From: Gemmatimonadota bacterium
GTDB taxonomy: Bacteria > Gemmatimonadota > Gemmatimonadetes > Longimicrobiales > Gaopeijiaceae
Length of the DNA stretch: 17,792 nucleotides
Reading direction: 5' to 3'
NCBI GenBank assembly: GCA_039589315.1
Contig: JBDHHQ010000108.1
Location: forward strand, 1-17,792
Shown piece by piece: positions 1 to 8,190 of this stretch (position 1 is the stretch's first letter; each line of letters opens with the position of its first letter). A model generated the notes under the pieces. It was given only the letters and a program-made list of their open reading frames with translations, searched no databases and had not been told where the DNA came from. The position numbers and the translations under genes are program-made.

Positions 1-124
1 GACGGGTGGTGTGGGAGGGGTCGTAGGGCGACCTTCGGACCGTGCGGATCCGTCTCAGGCACCCAACGGAGGGGGGATCCATCTGTTTGCAGTCCGAGCG
101 CACCACCTCCACGGAGACAGACCC

Positions 125-247
125 ATGCGGCTGATGTGGTCCACTGTCATGCTCCTTGCCGCCACCACACTGCTCACGGCATGTGGGTCCAAGTTCGTGC
201 GAGGTACGGTGCTTCCCGAGGTCCTTTCGGCCCGCCGCGCATGTTGA
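125..247 (+). CDS. Small putative lipoprotein (40 aa) or truncated lipoprotein remnant
   Basis: GGAG about 9 nt upstream of ATG 125. MRLMWSTVMLLAATTLLTA-C has a basic N-terminus, hydrophobic core and lipobox L-T-A-C (Cys20). Only 21 residues remain after predicted cleavage. Confidence 0.4.
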   Translation: MRLMWSTVMLLAATTLLTACGSKFVRGTVLPEVLSARRAC

Positions 248-280
248 TTCTGGACTTCAGCGAGAGGATCGAGCGTCGGC

Positions 281-320
281 AAGCGAAGAGGCCCGGACGG
301 CGTCTCCGTCCGGGCCCCTC
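281..320 (-). terminator. Probable intrinsic terminator of rpsT (possibly bidirectional)
   Basis: Perfect 10-bp stem GCCCGGACGG (291-300) / CCGTCCGGGC (306-315) with a 5-nt loop, about 50 nt past the rpsT stop. It is followed on the - strand by a weak pyrimidine run (CTCTTCGCTT). Confidence 0.6.
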
Positions 321-362
321 GTCTTCGTCCGCGAGACCGGGCCGCTGTCCGGCCAGACGAGC

Positions 363-620
363 CTACGCCGAAAGCGAGCCCACGTGCCTGGCCAGCTGGC
401 TCTTCATCCGCGCCACCTGGTTGGGATGGATGAGGCGCTTCGTGGCGGCCCGGTCCAGCAAGACGACGGCCTGCCGGTAAGCAGTCTCCGCGGCGGCGCC
501 GTCCTCGGTGGCCCGCACTCTTTTGATGGCGGTCCGGATCATGGACCGCCGGGCGCGGTTCCGGGCGTTCTGCTCCCGGCTCTTGACCATGCGCTTCTTC
601 GCGCTCTTGATATTCGGCAT
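363..620 (-). CDS. rpsT: 30S ribosomal protein S20
   Basis: MPNIKSAKKR...NRARRSMIRTAIK...LDRAATKRLIHPNQVARMKSQL is the S20 signature. 85 aa. GAGGA Shine-Dalgarno upstream of ATG 620, so the ORF-track start at 695 is too long. Confidence 0.98.
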   Translation of the reverse strand: MPNIKSAKKRMVKSREQNARNRARRSMIRTAIKRVRATEDGAAAETAYRQAVVLLDRAATKRLIHPNQVARMKSQLARHVGSLSA

Positions 621-659
621 TCGTGATCCTCGTGTATTCCCGAACTTATGGAGCCCAAA

Positions 660-688
660 AGTATATCCGCGGCGGGCGTCGGGATCAA
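660..688 (-). promoter_or_regulatory. Sigma70-type promoter of rpsT
   Basis: On the - strand: TTGATC (688-683), 17-nt spacer, TATACT (665-660), 40 nt upstream of the rpsT ATG. Confidence 0.8.
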
Positions 689-753
689 GTTGCACCGCCT
701 TCTGGGGTCGCCGGTTCCCGGGCTGCCGGGGGTAGCCACGGGGCGCGCCGGGC

Positions 754-769
754 TGGTAAGTTCCGGGCC
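754..769 (+). promoter_or_regulatory. Extended -10 promoter of the site-2 protease operon (probably leaderless)
   Basis: TG-G-TAAGTT (754-762) lies 7 nt before ATG 770, and no Shine-Dalgarno sequence is present. Confidence 0.55.
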
Positions 770-1432
770 ATGGAATTCCTTCTGTACCTGCCGATTCTAC
801 TCCTGGCCATCGTAGTTCACGAGGTCGCCCACGCCTGGCAGGCGCGGCGCGAAGGAGACCCGACGGCCGAGCGCCTCGGGCGTATCACCCTGAACCCGAT
901 CCCTCACCTCGATCCGGTGGGGTCGTTCGCGGTGCCTCTGCTCCTCTGGTTCGGACCCATGCTGCTCGGCGGCAGCACGGGTGGGTTCATCTTCGGCTGG
1001 GCGAAGCCGGTGCCTGTGAATCCGGCGAACTACCGGGACTACAAGGGCGGCGACATCCGGGTATCTCTGGCCGGCATCGTGTCCAACTTCGCACAGGCCA
1101 TCCTATTCACGTTGATCGCGGCCGGAATCGCACCGTTGGCGGACCAGCCCGGCGTCTTTTCCGTGCTGTTCTCGGTCGCGCGCTTCGGAATCTTCATCAA
1201 CCTGATTCTGGCCATCTTCAATCTCATTCCGATCCCGCCGCTGGACGGCTCGCACGTGCTCTACCACCTGCTGCCTGCACGCGCGCGGCCCAGATACCGG
1301 GAGATGGGACGCTACGGACTCGGGATCATCATGCTCCTGGTCTTCTTCGTCCCGGGCTTCTTCAGCATCCTGCTCGAGCCGGTGTACTTCTTCATGGGCC
1401 TCGCGGACGCCTTCATCCGCCTGTGGACGTGA
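770..1432 (+). CDS. Site-2 protease family (peptidase M50) membrane zinc metalloprotease
   Basis: HEVAH (HExxH), GDPTA..GRITLNPIPHLD, FGWAKPVPVN and FNLIPIPPLDGS (NxxPxxxLDG) motifs, with several hydrophobic segments. Start placed at MEFLLYL. Confidence 0.95.
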   Translation: MEFLLYLPILLLAIVVHEVAHAWQARREGDPTAERLGRITLNPIPHLDPVGSFAVPLLLWFGPMLLGGSTGGFIFGWAKPVPVNPANYRDYKGGDIRVSLAGIVSNFAQAILFTLIAAGIAPLADQPGVFSVLFSVARFGIFINLILAIFNLIPIPPLDGSHVLYHLLPARARPRYREMGRYGLGIIMLLVFFVPGFFSILLEPVYFFMGLADAFIRLWT

Positions 1433-2247
1433 CCACGGCGACGAGCGCGACGCCCGGCTTCCTGGTCGTCGAGATCGACCGATTCCAGGGACCTCTGGAC
1501 CTGCTGCTCCATCTGATCCGGCAGCAGGACATCGACATCTTCGACATCCCCATCGCCAAGATCACGAACCAGTTTCTGGTCACCATCCAGGGGATCGCGG
1601 CCGAGGAGCTCGACCAGGCTGGCGAGTTCCTGGAGATGGCCGCGACCCTGGTGCGCATCAAGGTCCAGATGCTCCTGCCGCGGCGCGGCGAGGAAGAAGA
1701 CGAGGATCCCCGGGCCGAGCTGGTACGCCGGCTGCTCGAGTACGAGCAGATCCGTGAGGTCGCCTCTCGCATGGCGGCCGCCGAGGCCGATCGCGCACGG
1801 TCGCACACGAAGGGCTACGTCGAGCCCCGCCCACGCCCCCCCATGGAGGACACGCCCCTGGAAACCACCTGGGAAGAGGTCATGGCAGCGGCCATGGGCG
1901 TGGAGATGCCTGAGCCCGAGGCACGGCGCCACCGCGTGACCACGCGTCCCGTGGCCATGGAGGACAAGGTCCGCGTGATCCTGGACGCGCTGGCCAAAGT
2001 GGCCCGGGTGGAGTTCAGCAAGCTCGTTCGTCCCTGGGCAACCCGCATGCACGGCGTGATGACCCTTCTGGCGAGCCTAGAGCTGAGCCGCCGACGCACG
2101 ATCATCCTGAGGCAGGTACGGCCCTTCGCGGAGTTGTGGCTCTATCGCCGGGACGAGGAGGATGAGGACGAGTCGGCGCATGCCCCGGCGTCCCAGGCCG
2201 TACCGGCCGAGAACGCACCGGCAACCACGTCGCAGGAGGTTGCGTGA
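1423..2247 (+). CDS. scpA: Segregation and condensation protein A (SMC kleisin)
   Basis: FQGPLDLLLHLIRQQDIDIFDIPIAKIT, EFLEMAATLVRIK..MLLP, DPRAELVRRLLEY and a C-terminal LASLEL...LRQ..PF winged-helix motif. Overlaps the upstream stop. Confidence 0.96.
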   Translation: MDVTTATSATPGFLVVEIDRFQGPLDLLLHLIRQQDIDIFDIPIAKITNQFLVTIQGIAAEELDQAGEFLEMAATLVRIKVQMLLPRRGEEEDEDPRAELVRRLLEYEQIREVASRMAAAEADRARSHTKGYVEPRPRPPMEDTPLETTWEEVMAAAMGVEMPEPEARRHRVTTRPVAMEDKVRVILDALAKVARVEFSKLVRPWATRMHGVMTLLASLELSRRRTIILRQVRPFAELWLYRRDEEDEDESAHAPASQAVPAENAPATTSQEVA

Positions 2248-3077
2248 GGCCCGCCCAGATCGTGGAAGCCGTCCTGTTCGCAAGTGATGCGCCGCTCCGG
2301 GCCGAGGAGATCGCCCGGGCCGACCAGGCGCTGGACGAGGACGTGGTCGAGGAGGCCATCCAGGAGATTCAGCGGGACTACGACGACGGCGAGAGGGCAT
2401 ACCAGATCAGGGAGGTAGCGGGGGGATACCAGATCATGACCCGGCCCGAGTTCGCCCCGTACCTCGAGCGGTTCGACACGGTACCCCGTCCTTCACGCCT
2501 ATCCGGGCCCGCCCTGGAGACACTGGCCATCATCGCGTACAGGCAGCCCATCGGTCGGGTGGAGGTCGAGTACATCCGGGGCGTGGGCTCGTCCGGCGTG
2601 ATCCGCACTCTCCAGGACCGGGCGTTGATCGAGGTCGTGGGTCGGGCCGAGGGTCTGGGGCGACCGCTTCTCTATGGGACCACGAGCCGGTTTCTCGAGC
2701 ACTTCGGCTTCAGGAGCCTCGAGGATCTGCCGCGGCCCGAAGAGCTGCCCGTCGTGCTCCGCGAGCGCACGCCTCTGGGCACGGACGACAGAGACGGCGG
2801 AGAGGTCCACCCCCTCGACGAGCCCGAGCGGGTCCACGTGGAGCCGGCGGCGGTCAATGCGGAGGGGCGAGTGGTGGAGGCCGAGGAGGCGCGCACGGCA
2901 CCGGGGCACGGCCTCCTGTCGGAAGACGGGTCGAGACCGCTAGAGGAGCTCAGTGGTGGAGCTCCCGAACCCGGACACCCAGCTGGAGGGCTTCCACGGA
3001 TAAGCCGACCGGCATCCGGCTTCAGAAGCTCCTCTCCCGGGGGGGTGTGGCGTCCCGTCGGAAGGCCGAGGTGCTGA
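2244..3077 (+). CDS. scpB: Segregation and condensation protein B; true 3' end uncertain (possibly TAA at 3001-3003)
   Basis: [36 protein letters not shown] and [22 protein letters not shown] motifs. GTGA overlap with scpA. As read, the last ~25 codons overlap the rluB S4 domain in another frame. Confidence 0.93.
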   Translation: MRPAQIVEAVLFASDAPLRAEEIARADQALDEDVVEEAIQEIQRDYDDGERAYQIREVAGGYQIMTRPEFAPYLERFDTVPRPSRLSGPALETLAIIAYRQPIGRVEVEYIRGVGSSGVIRTLQDRALIEVVGRAEGLGRPLLYGTTSRFLEHFGFRSLEDLPRPEELPVVLRERTPLGTDDRDGGEVHPLDEPERVHVEPAAVNAEGRVVEAEEARTAPGHGLLSEDGSRPLEELSGGAPEPGHPAGGLPRISRPASGFRSSSPGGVWRPVGRPRC

Positions 3078-3747
3078 TCACGACCGGCCGGGTCTCCGTG
3101 AACGGCAAGGTCGTGACCGAGCTGGGCACGAGAGTGGATCCACGCCGCGACCGCGTGTCGCGGCCGAGCGTTGGTTGGTCCTGAACAAGCCGGCCGGGAC
3201 GCTCACGACGCGTCGGGATCCGGGCGGCAGGCCGACGGTTTACGAGCGGCTCGACCCGGAGGACCGGCAGCTCGTCTACGTGGGCCGCCTGGATCGGGAC
3301 ACGGAAGGCCTGCTCATCTTCACGAACGACGGTGATACGGCCAACCGGCTTCTCCACCCCTCCAGGGAGGTGGAGCGGGAATACCTGGCCGACGTCGTGG
3401 GCCTGCCGGACCGGCGGACGCTCGCCCGCCTGCGGCGAGGCGTCGATCTCGACGACGGCCTGGCCCGGGTCAAGCGGGCCGACGTAACCGCCCAGGGCCC
3501 GGGCCAGAGCCGAGTGCGCCTGGTGCTGACGGAGGGGCGCAAGCGCGAGGTGCGACGCCTGCTGGAGAGCGTGGGCCATCCAGTGCGGGCCCTCCGCCGT
3601 GTCCGGTTCGGGAGACTCAGGCTCCACGGACTGGCGCTCGGGTCCTGGCGGGAGCTCAACGCGGCCGAGATCCGGCAACTGAAGGAACTGGCGGGACAGG
3701 GGCGACGATCCCCTCAACAACAGAGAGAACAGCGACGGAGGACATAG
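2996..3747 (+). pseudogene. rluB: RluB/RsuA-family pseudouridine synthase, frameshifted near 3157-3160 (pseudogene or assembly error)
   Basis: S4 domain [43 protein letters not shown] reads from 3014 in one frame and stops at TGA 3182-3184. The catalytic domain WLVLNKPAG...GRLDRDTEGLL...LTEGRKREVRR is in another frame (about 3157-3747). The position after scpAB is typical of rluB. Confidence 0.85.
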
Positions 3748-5366
3748 ATGGAGATCAGGGGCAGCACGGTGCTGATCCTCGGTGGTGCTGGACTTGCCGG
3801 GCGAGCAGTGGCACGGCGGATCCTGCGGCGGGAGCCTCGCCGGATGGTGATCGCATCGCTGCGGCGTCATGAGGCCGAGGACGCGGTTCGCGACATCCGC
3901 GCGCAGACCAGTACCCAGGCCGAGCTCGACGGCGCCTGGGGCGACCTGTTCACCCCGGACGCGCTCAAGGAGTGCACTCGGAGGGAGATCCTCGCTGACG
4001 CATCGGCGCGACAGCTCATGGTGGACGACCTCTTCGGGCCACTCACGGAAGAGGTCTTCCAGCGCTCGACCCTGGGCCGCCTGCTCCTCGATGTACAGCC
4101 CACCGTGGTCGTGGACTGCGTCAACACGGCGGGGGCGCTGGCGTACCAGGATGTGTTCGCTTCGGCCAAGGAGCTGCGGGTCCTGGCGGCCGAGGGCCAG
4201 GTGGACGTGACGGCGGTGGACCGCCACTTGAGCACCATGTATCTGCCCAAGCTGATCCGGCACACGCAGATTGCCCTGGAGGGCATGAAGCGGGCGGGCA
4301 CCCGAGTGTACGTCAAGATCGGGACCTCGGGCACCGGAGGCATGGGACTCAACATCCCGTTCACCCACTCGGAAGAGCGGCCTTCCAGACGCTTCTGCTG
4401 TACCTGATGGCCCGCACGCCGGGTGCACCCGCGGTGAAGGAGATCAAGCCCACCGCCGCCATAAGCTGGAAGTCCATCGGCTACGGACCCATATACCGCG
4501 GTGGACGACCCGCCATGCGCTCGGACTGCACCCAGGCCCTCCCGATCGGCGAGGCGCTCGGCCCCGCGGGTGAGGCCACCGTCCAGAAGCTGGACCAGCC
4601 GCTGGAGGGCGTCTACATGGACTCCGGCGAGAACGGGTTCTTCTCGCTGCACGAGTTCGAGACGTTGACCGCTGTCGGGTTGATGGAGTTCGTGACACCC
4701 GAGGAGATCGCCGAGAACGTCTACCGGGAGGTCACGGCGTACCCCACGGGGAAGGACGTGGTCGCGGCCCTGGACGGCGCATCCATGGGGCCCTCGTTCC
4801 GGGCCGGTGTGCTCCGGAGCAAGGCGCTCCGCCTAATGGAGGAGATGGAGGAGAGCCATGGGGTCGAGGCGGCGGCGTACGAGATGCTGGGCCCTCCCCG
4901 GCTCTCGAAGCTACTGTTCGAGGGGATGCTGCTCCGCCGTCTCTACGAGCGCCTGGATCGGGCGTTGGAACTCGACCCCGACGAGGCAGCGGAGTGGACG
5001 AAGCGGCTCGTGGAAGAGGACGCCGACCTGAGACAGCGTATCCTCTCGATCGGCCTGCCGATCCTCCTGCCGGACGGCGAGACCATTCTGAGAGGCGCAC
5101 GGGTCAAGGTGCAGCCTCAGCCGGGCGAAGACCCCTTCGACTCAGGCACCGTCGACAATGGTTGGGTGGACCTGCGGCCGGTCAACTGGGCGCAGTGGAA
5201 GGGGCGTGTCGACGGGTACCTGGACGATCGGGCGCGGCGGCCCAGTCTGGAGGCAGGCTCCCTCGGGGACCGCGACTACGGCGACGAAGACGAGCGTATC
5301 CGTCCAGGAGCGCTCGTGGCGTGGATCCTCCGGTCGGAGGAGAAGGGCGAGCGGATCAAGCGGTAG
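3748..5366 (+). pseudogene. Uncharacterised NAD(P)-binding Rossmann-fold ('short-chain dehydrogenase'-like) protein, split at about 4388 into ORFs 3748-4407 and 4407-5366
   Basis: N-terminal VLILGGAGLAG (GxxGxxG). KIGTSGTGGMGLNIPFTHSEERPSR in frame 1, then QTLLLYLMARTPGAPAVKEIKPTAAI in frame 2, which already looks coding upstream of its ATG. This suggests one gene with a lesion. Confidence 0.7.
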
Positions 5367-5429
5367 TCCCGATCCGACCCGGTGGCGCACCAAGACGTCA
5401 CCCGGGGGAGACACGCCGAGGAGCGACGA

Positions 5430-6065
5430 ATGGGATCCCTTGCGAACCTGACGATCATCGACCACCCCTTGATCCAGCACAAGGTGGGTCACCTGCGGCG
5501 GAAGGCGACACCCACCAAGCTCTTCAAGGAGCTGGTGAACGAGATCTCGACGCTGATGGCGTTCGAGGTGACGCGAAGTCTGCCGCTGGAGGACGTCGGG
5601 GTCGAGACGCCCCTGGAGGAAACCGTCGCCCGCCGCATCCAGGGGAAGAAGCTGGTGGTGGTCCCCATCCTCCGCGCCGGCCTGGGAATGGTGGAGGGGA
5701 TCCTCCACCTGATTCCGGGCGCGCGCGTCGGGCACATCGGCCTGTTTCGCGACGAGGACACGCTCCAACCCGTCGAGTACTACGTGAAGCTCCCGCCTGC
5801 CGCGGGGCGTGCGTTCATCGTGGTGGATCCCATGCTGGCGACGGGCGGCTCAGCGGCAGCCGCGGTGGCGTTGCTGAAGGCCCGGGGCGCCAAAGGCATC
5901 AGCTTCATGTGCGTCGTAGCGGCGCCAGAGGGTGTCACGACGATGTTCGAAGCCCATCCCGACGTCCCCGTGTACGCAGCGTCGCTGGACCGGGAGCTCA
6001 ACGACCAGGGCTACATCCTGCCCGGTCTGGGCGATGCGGGGGATCGTCTGTTCGGCACGCGCTGA
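5430..6065 (+). CDS. upp: Uracil phosphoribosyltransferase
   Basis: [44 protein letters not shown]-binding [11 protein letters not shown] and [23 protein letters not shown] upstream of ATG 5430. Confidence 0.98.
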   Translation: MGSLANLTIIDHPLIQHKVGHLRRKATPTKLFKELVNEISTLMAFEVTRSLPLEDVGVETPLEETVARRIQGKKLVVVPILRAGLGMVEGILHLIPGARVGHIGLFRDEDTLQPVEYYVKLPPAAGRAFIVVDPMLATGGSAAAAVALLKARGAKGISFMCVVAAPEGVTTMFEAHPDVPVYAASLDRELNDQGYILPGLGDAGDRLFGTR

Positions 6066-6117
6066 GCGGAGTGCCCGCCACGGGCGCGTGAGTCGGACCG
6101 TGAAGGGAGGCGGCCGG

Positions 6118-8190
6118 CTAGGGTCGGTCGTTGTCATCGGGGTCGGAGGAGCCGGTCGGCCCGACATCCGGGGGAGTGTCCGGTTCCGAGCCTGGGGAAT
6201 CGTTCGTGACAGGCGCAGGTGGCGGGGTAGGATCCCCCGGCGCCGGCGGGTCGACTCCGGCGGGGTCGACGCCGGGGTCACCGCGGACGGCCGGCTCGGC
6301 CGCGAGGTCCTCGGGGGGAGCCGATACAGCGCCCTCAGCGTCGTCCGCAGGGGTGGCTACCTGCCCGTCCCGGAAAGCGGCCTCCTGCTGGCCCCCGCCG
6401 GTGCCCGCTCGCTCGCCCCCGGCGGCGGCCACCTGCTCGTCCGCCGTCGACACTCCGCCCCCGTCATCCGCGATCGGCGTTGTGCTCTCGTCATCCGGGA
6501 TCGAGGCAGCACGTCCGTCATCCGGGATCGGGGCAGCTCCCCCGTCATCCGGGATCGGGGCCGCTCTTTCGTCAACCGGGGTCGGGGCGTCGTCGTCCTC
6601 CGCCACGTGAATGGTGCGTGTGGCCTCGTCGGGATCCATGATCGTGACCTCCGCGCTCGGTGTCGGCCCCTTGCCTGCGAGGAACGGCACCTTCGACTCG
6701 AGCGCGCGCACCACGTGGGGTCGCAGACCGCCTCCCTGACGCCGTCTCCACATGTCCGGGTGGAAGAGCAGGAGCACCGTGTAGATCTCGAGCCGGCCCA
6801 CCAGCATCATGAACGCGAGGACGGCCAGGGCCGGGTCCGAGATCCAGCCGTAGTTATCGGTGGCGCCCACGTTACCCACTCCGGGACCGATGTTGCCCAC
6901 GGTGGCAGCGCTGGCTCCGAAGGCCGTGAGCAGATCCATGCCCATGAACGTCATGGCCATGGTGCCGAGGAGGCAGATCACCACGTACAGGAAGACGAAC
7001 CCGACCACGTTGCCGAGGACGTCCTCTTTCACCGCCCGGCCACCGAAGCGGGTCAACAGGATGGCCCGGGGATGTAGGTGCTTCCGGATCTGGGTACCGA
7101 CGTACTTGAGCGTGAGGAGCACGCGCATCGTCTTTACGCCACCGCCGGTGGAGCCGGCCATGCCTCCCGTGAACATCAACGTGAGCAGCAGCCCCTGGGC
7201 CGCGGGAACCCAGAGCTCGTAATCCGCCGACACGAAGCCCGTCGTGGTCGTGATGGACGTGGACTGGAACAGGCCGTCGCGGAGCGCTTGTTCCATGCCG
7301 GCGACGGTGAGCGCGTATCCGCCACTGACGAGGTTGGCCACGGCCAGGATCACGCCGCCGACCACGACGATCAGGGTGAAGAACTTCCAGCCCTCATTCT
7401 TCCAGTACGCGGGCCGTCCGGTGGCCGCCCGGAAGTGAAGCGTGAAGTTGATCCCGGCCAGGTACATGAATACCAGCGTCACGTATTGGTGGTATCGAGA
7501 GAAGGAGGCCACCGAGTCGTTCTTGGTGGAGAAGCCTCCCGTGGCCAGGGTGGCGAAGGCATGGTTCACCGAATCGAAGGCCGACATGCCGCCCAGGAAG
7601 TACAGCACCGCCTGCAATGCGGTGAGGCCGACGTAGACGTACCAGAGCAGCTTGGCCGTCTGGTTGATCCGGGGTCGCAGCCGCTCCATGGTCGGCCCCG
7701 GCACTTCGGCCCGGAAGAGCTGCATGCCGCCAACGCCCAGGAACGGCAGCACGGCGATGGCCAGGACGATGATCCCCATGCCGCCGAGCCAGTGGGTCAC
7801 CGAGCGCCACAGGAGGATTCCGTGGGGCAAGGACTCGATGTCCCCGAACACCGTGGCGCCCGTGGTCGTGAAGCCCGACATGGACTCGAACATCGCCTCG
7901 GCGAGGCTGTCCACCACTCCCCCGAAGAGGAAGGGGAGGGCCCCGAACAGAGCCACGAAGGTCCACGCGAAGGTGACCGTGGCGTATCCCTGCCGGTGGG
8001 TGATGTCGTCGTGGAAGCGGGTGACGCGGTACATGCCGGCTCCCGCCACCAGTGTAATGGCTCCCGAGGCGAGGAACGCCGCAGTGTCGCCGTCGGCGTA
8101 GTAGGCTGCGACCCCGGCCGTGACGAACATGGCGCCGGCGAGAAAGACCAGCAGCACGCCAACCACGTTGAGAACGGGCCGGAGCGACAT
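6118..8190 (-). CDS. trkH: Trk potassium uptake membrane protein TrkH with a ~200-aa disordered acidic C-terminal extension
   Basis: Four pore-loop motifs (SGFTTTGAT, ATLATGGFS, SITTTTGF, ATVGNIGPG), WLGGMGII, GGMAGSTGGGVK and MLVGRLEI. Coupled to trkA by a TGA/ATG overlap. Confidence 0.96.
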   Translation of the reverse strand: MSLRPVLNVVGVLLVFLAGAMFVTAGVAAYYADGDTAAFLASGAITLVAGAGMYRVTRFHDDITHRQGYATVTFAWTFVALFGALPFLFGGVVDSLAEAMFESMSGFTTTGATVFGDIESLPHGILLWRSVTHWLGGMGIIVLAIAVLPFLGVGGMQLFRAEVPGPTMERLRPRINQTAKLLWYVYVGLTALQAVLYFLGGMSAFDSVNHAFATLATGGFSTKNDSVASFSRYHQYVTLVFMYLAGINFTLHFRAATGRPAYWKNEGWKFFTLIVVVGGVILAVANLVSGGYALTVAGMEQALRDGLFQSTSITTTTGFVSADYELWVPAAQGLLLTLMFTGGMAGSTGGGVKTMRVLLTLKYVGTQIRKHLHPRAILLTRFGGRAVKEDVLGNVVGFVFLYVVICLLGTMAMTFMGMDLLTAFGASAATVGNIGPGVGNVGATDNYGWISDPALAVLAFMMLVGRLEIYTVLLLFHPDMWRRRQGGGLRPHVVRALESKVPFLAGKGPTPSAEVTIMDPDEATRTIHVAEDDDAPTPVDERAAPIPDDGGAAPIPDDGRAASIPDDESTTPIADDGGGVSTADEQVAAAGGERAGTGGGQQEAAFRDGQVATPADDAEGAVSAPPEDLAAEPAVRGDPGVDPAGVDPPAPGDPTPPPAPVTNDSPGSEPDTPPDVGPTGSSDPDDNDRP
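6462..6596. repeat. Five tandem 27-bp repeats (coding VNTR in the trkH tail)
   Basis: Units start at 6462, 6489, 6516, 6543 and 6570 with core CGTCATCCGGGATCG. They encode 9-aa units such as AAPIPDDGG and AASIPDDES on the - strand. Confidence 0.9.

Noticed and set aside
75..110. tRNA-Cys-like fragment on the - strand (GGACTGCAAA)
   Set aside because: There is no closing anticodon stem, T-loop (TTCGA) or cloverleaf.
3039..3045. G7 run as a phase-variation or frameshift site in rluB
   Set aside because: The S4 domain reads correctly through it ([10 protein letters not shown]), and the actual break is about 110 nt downstream.
3022..4428. Long antisense and alternative-frame ORFs (for example 3022-4428 -, 7078-8457 +, 11896-13737 +, 4994-6091 +, 5932-7077 +)
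   Set aside because: They shadow well-supported genes, lack recognisable motifs and are expected in GC-rich DNA with few stop codons.
6462..6596. CRISPR-like array (conserved core plus variable part)
   Set aside because: The period is only 27 nt with about 12 variable nt, it lies in frame inside trkH, and no cas genes are present. It is a coding tandem repeat.
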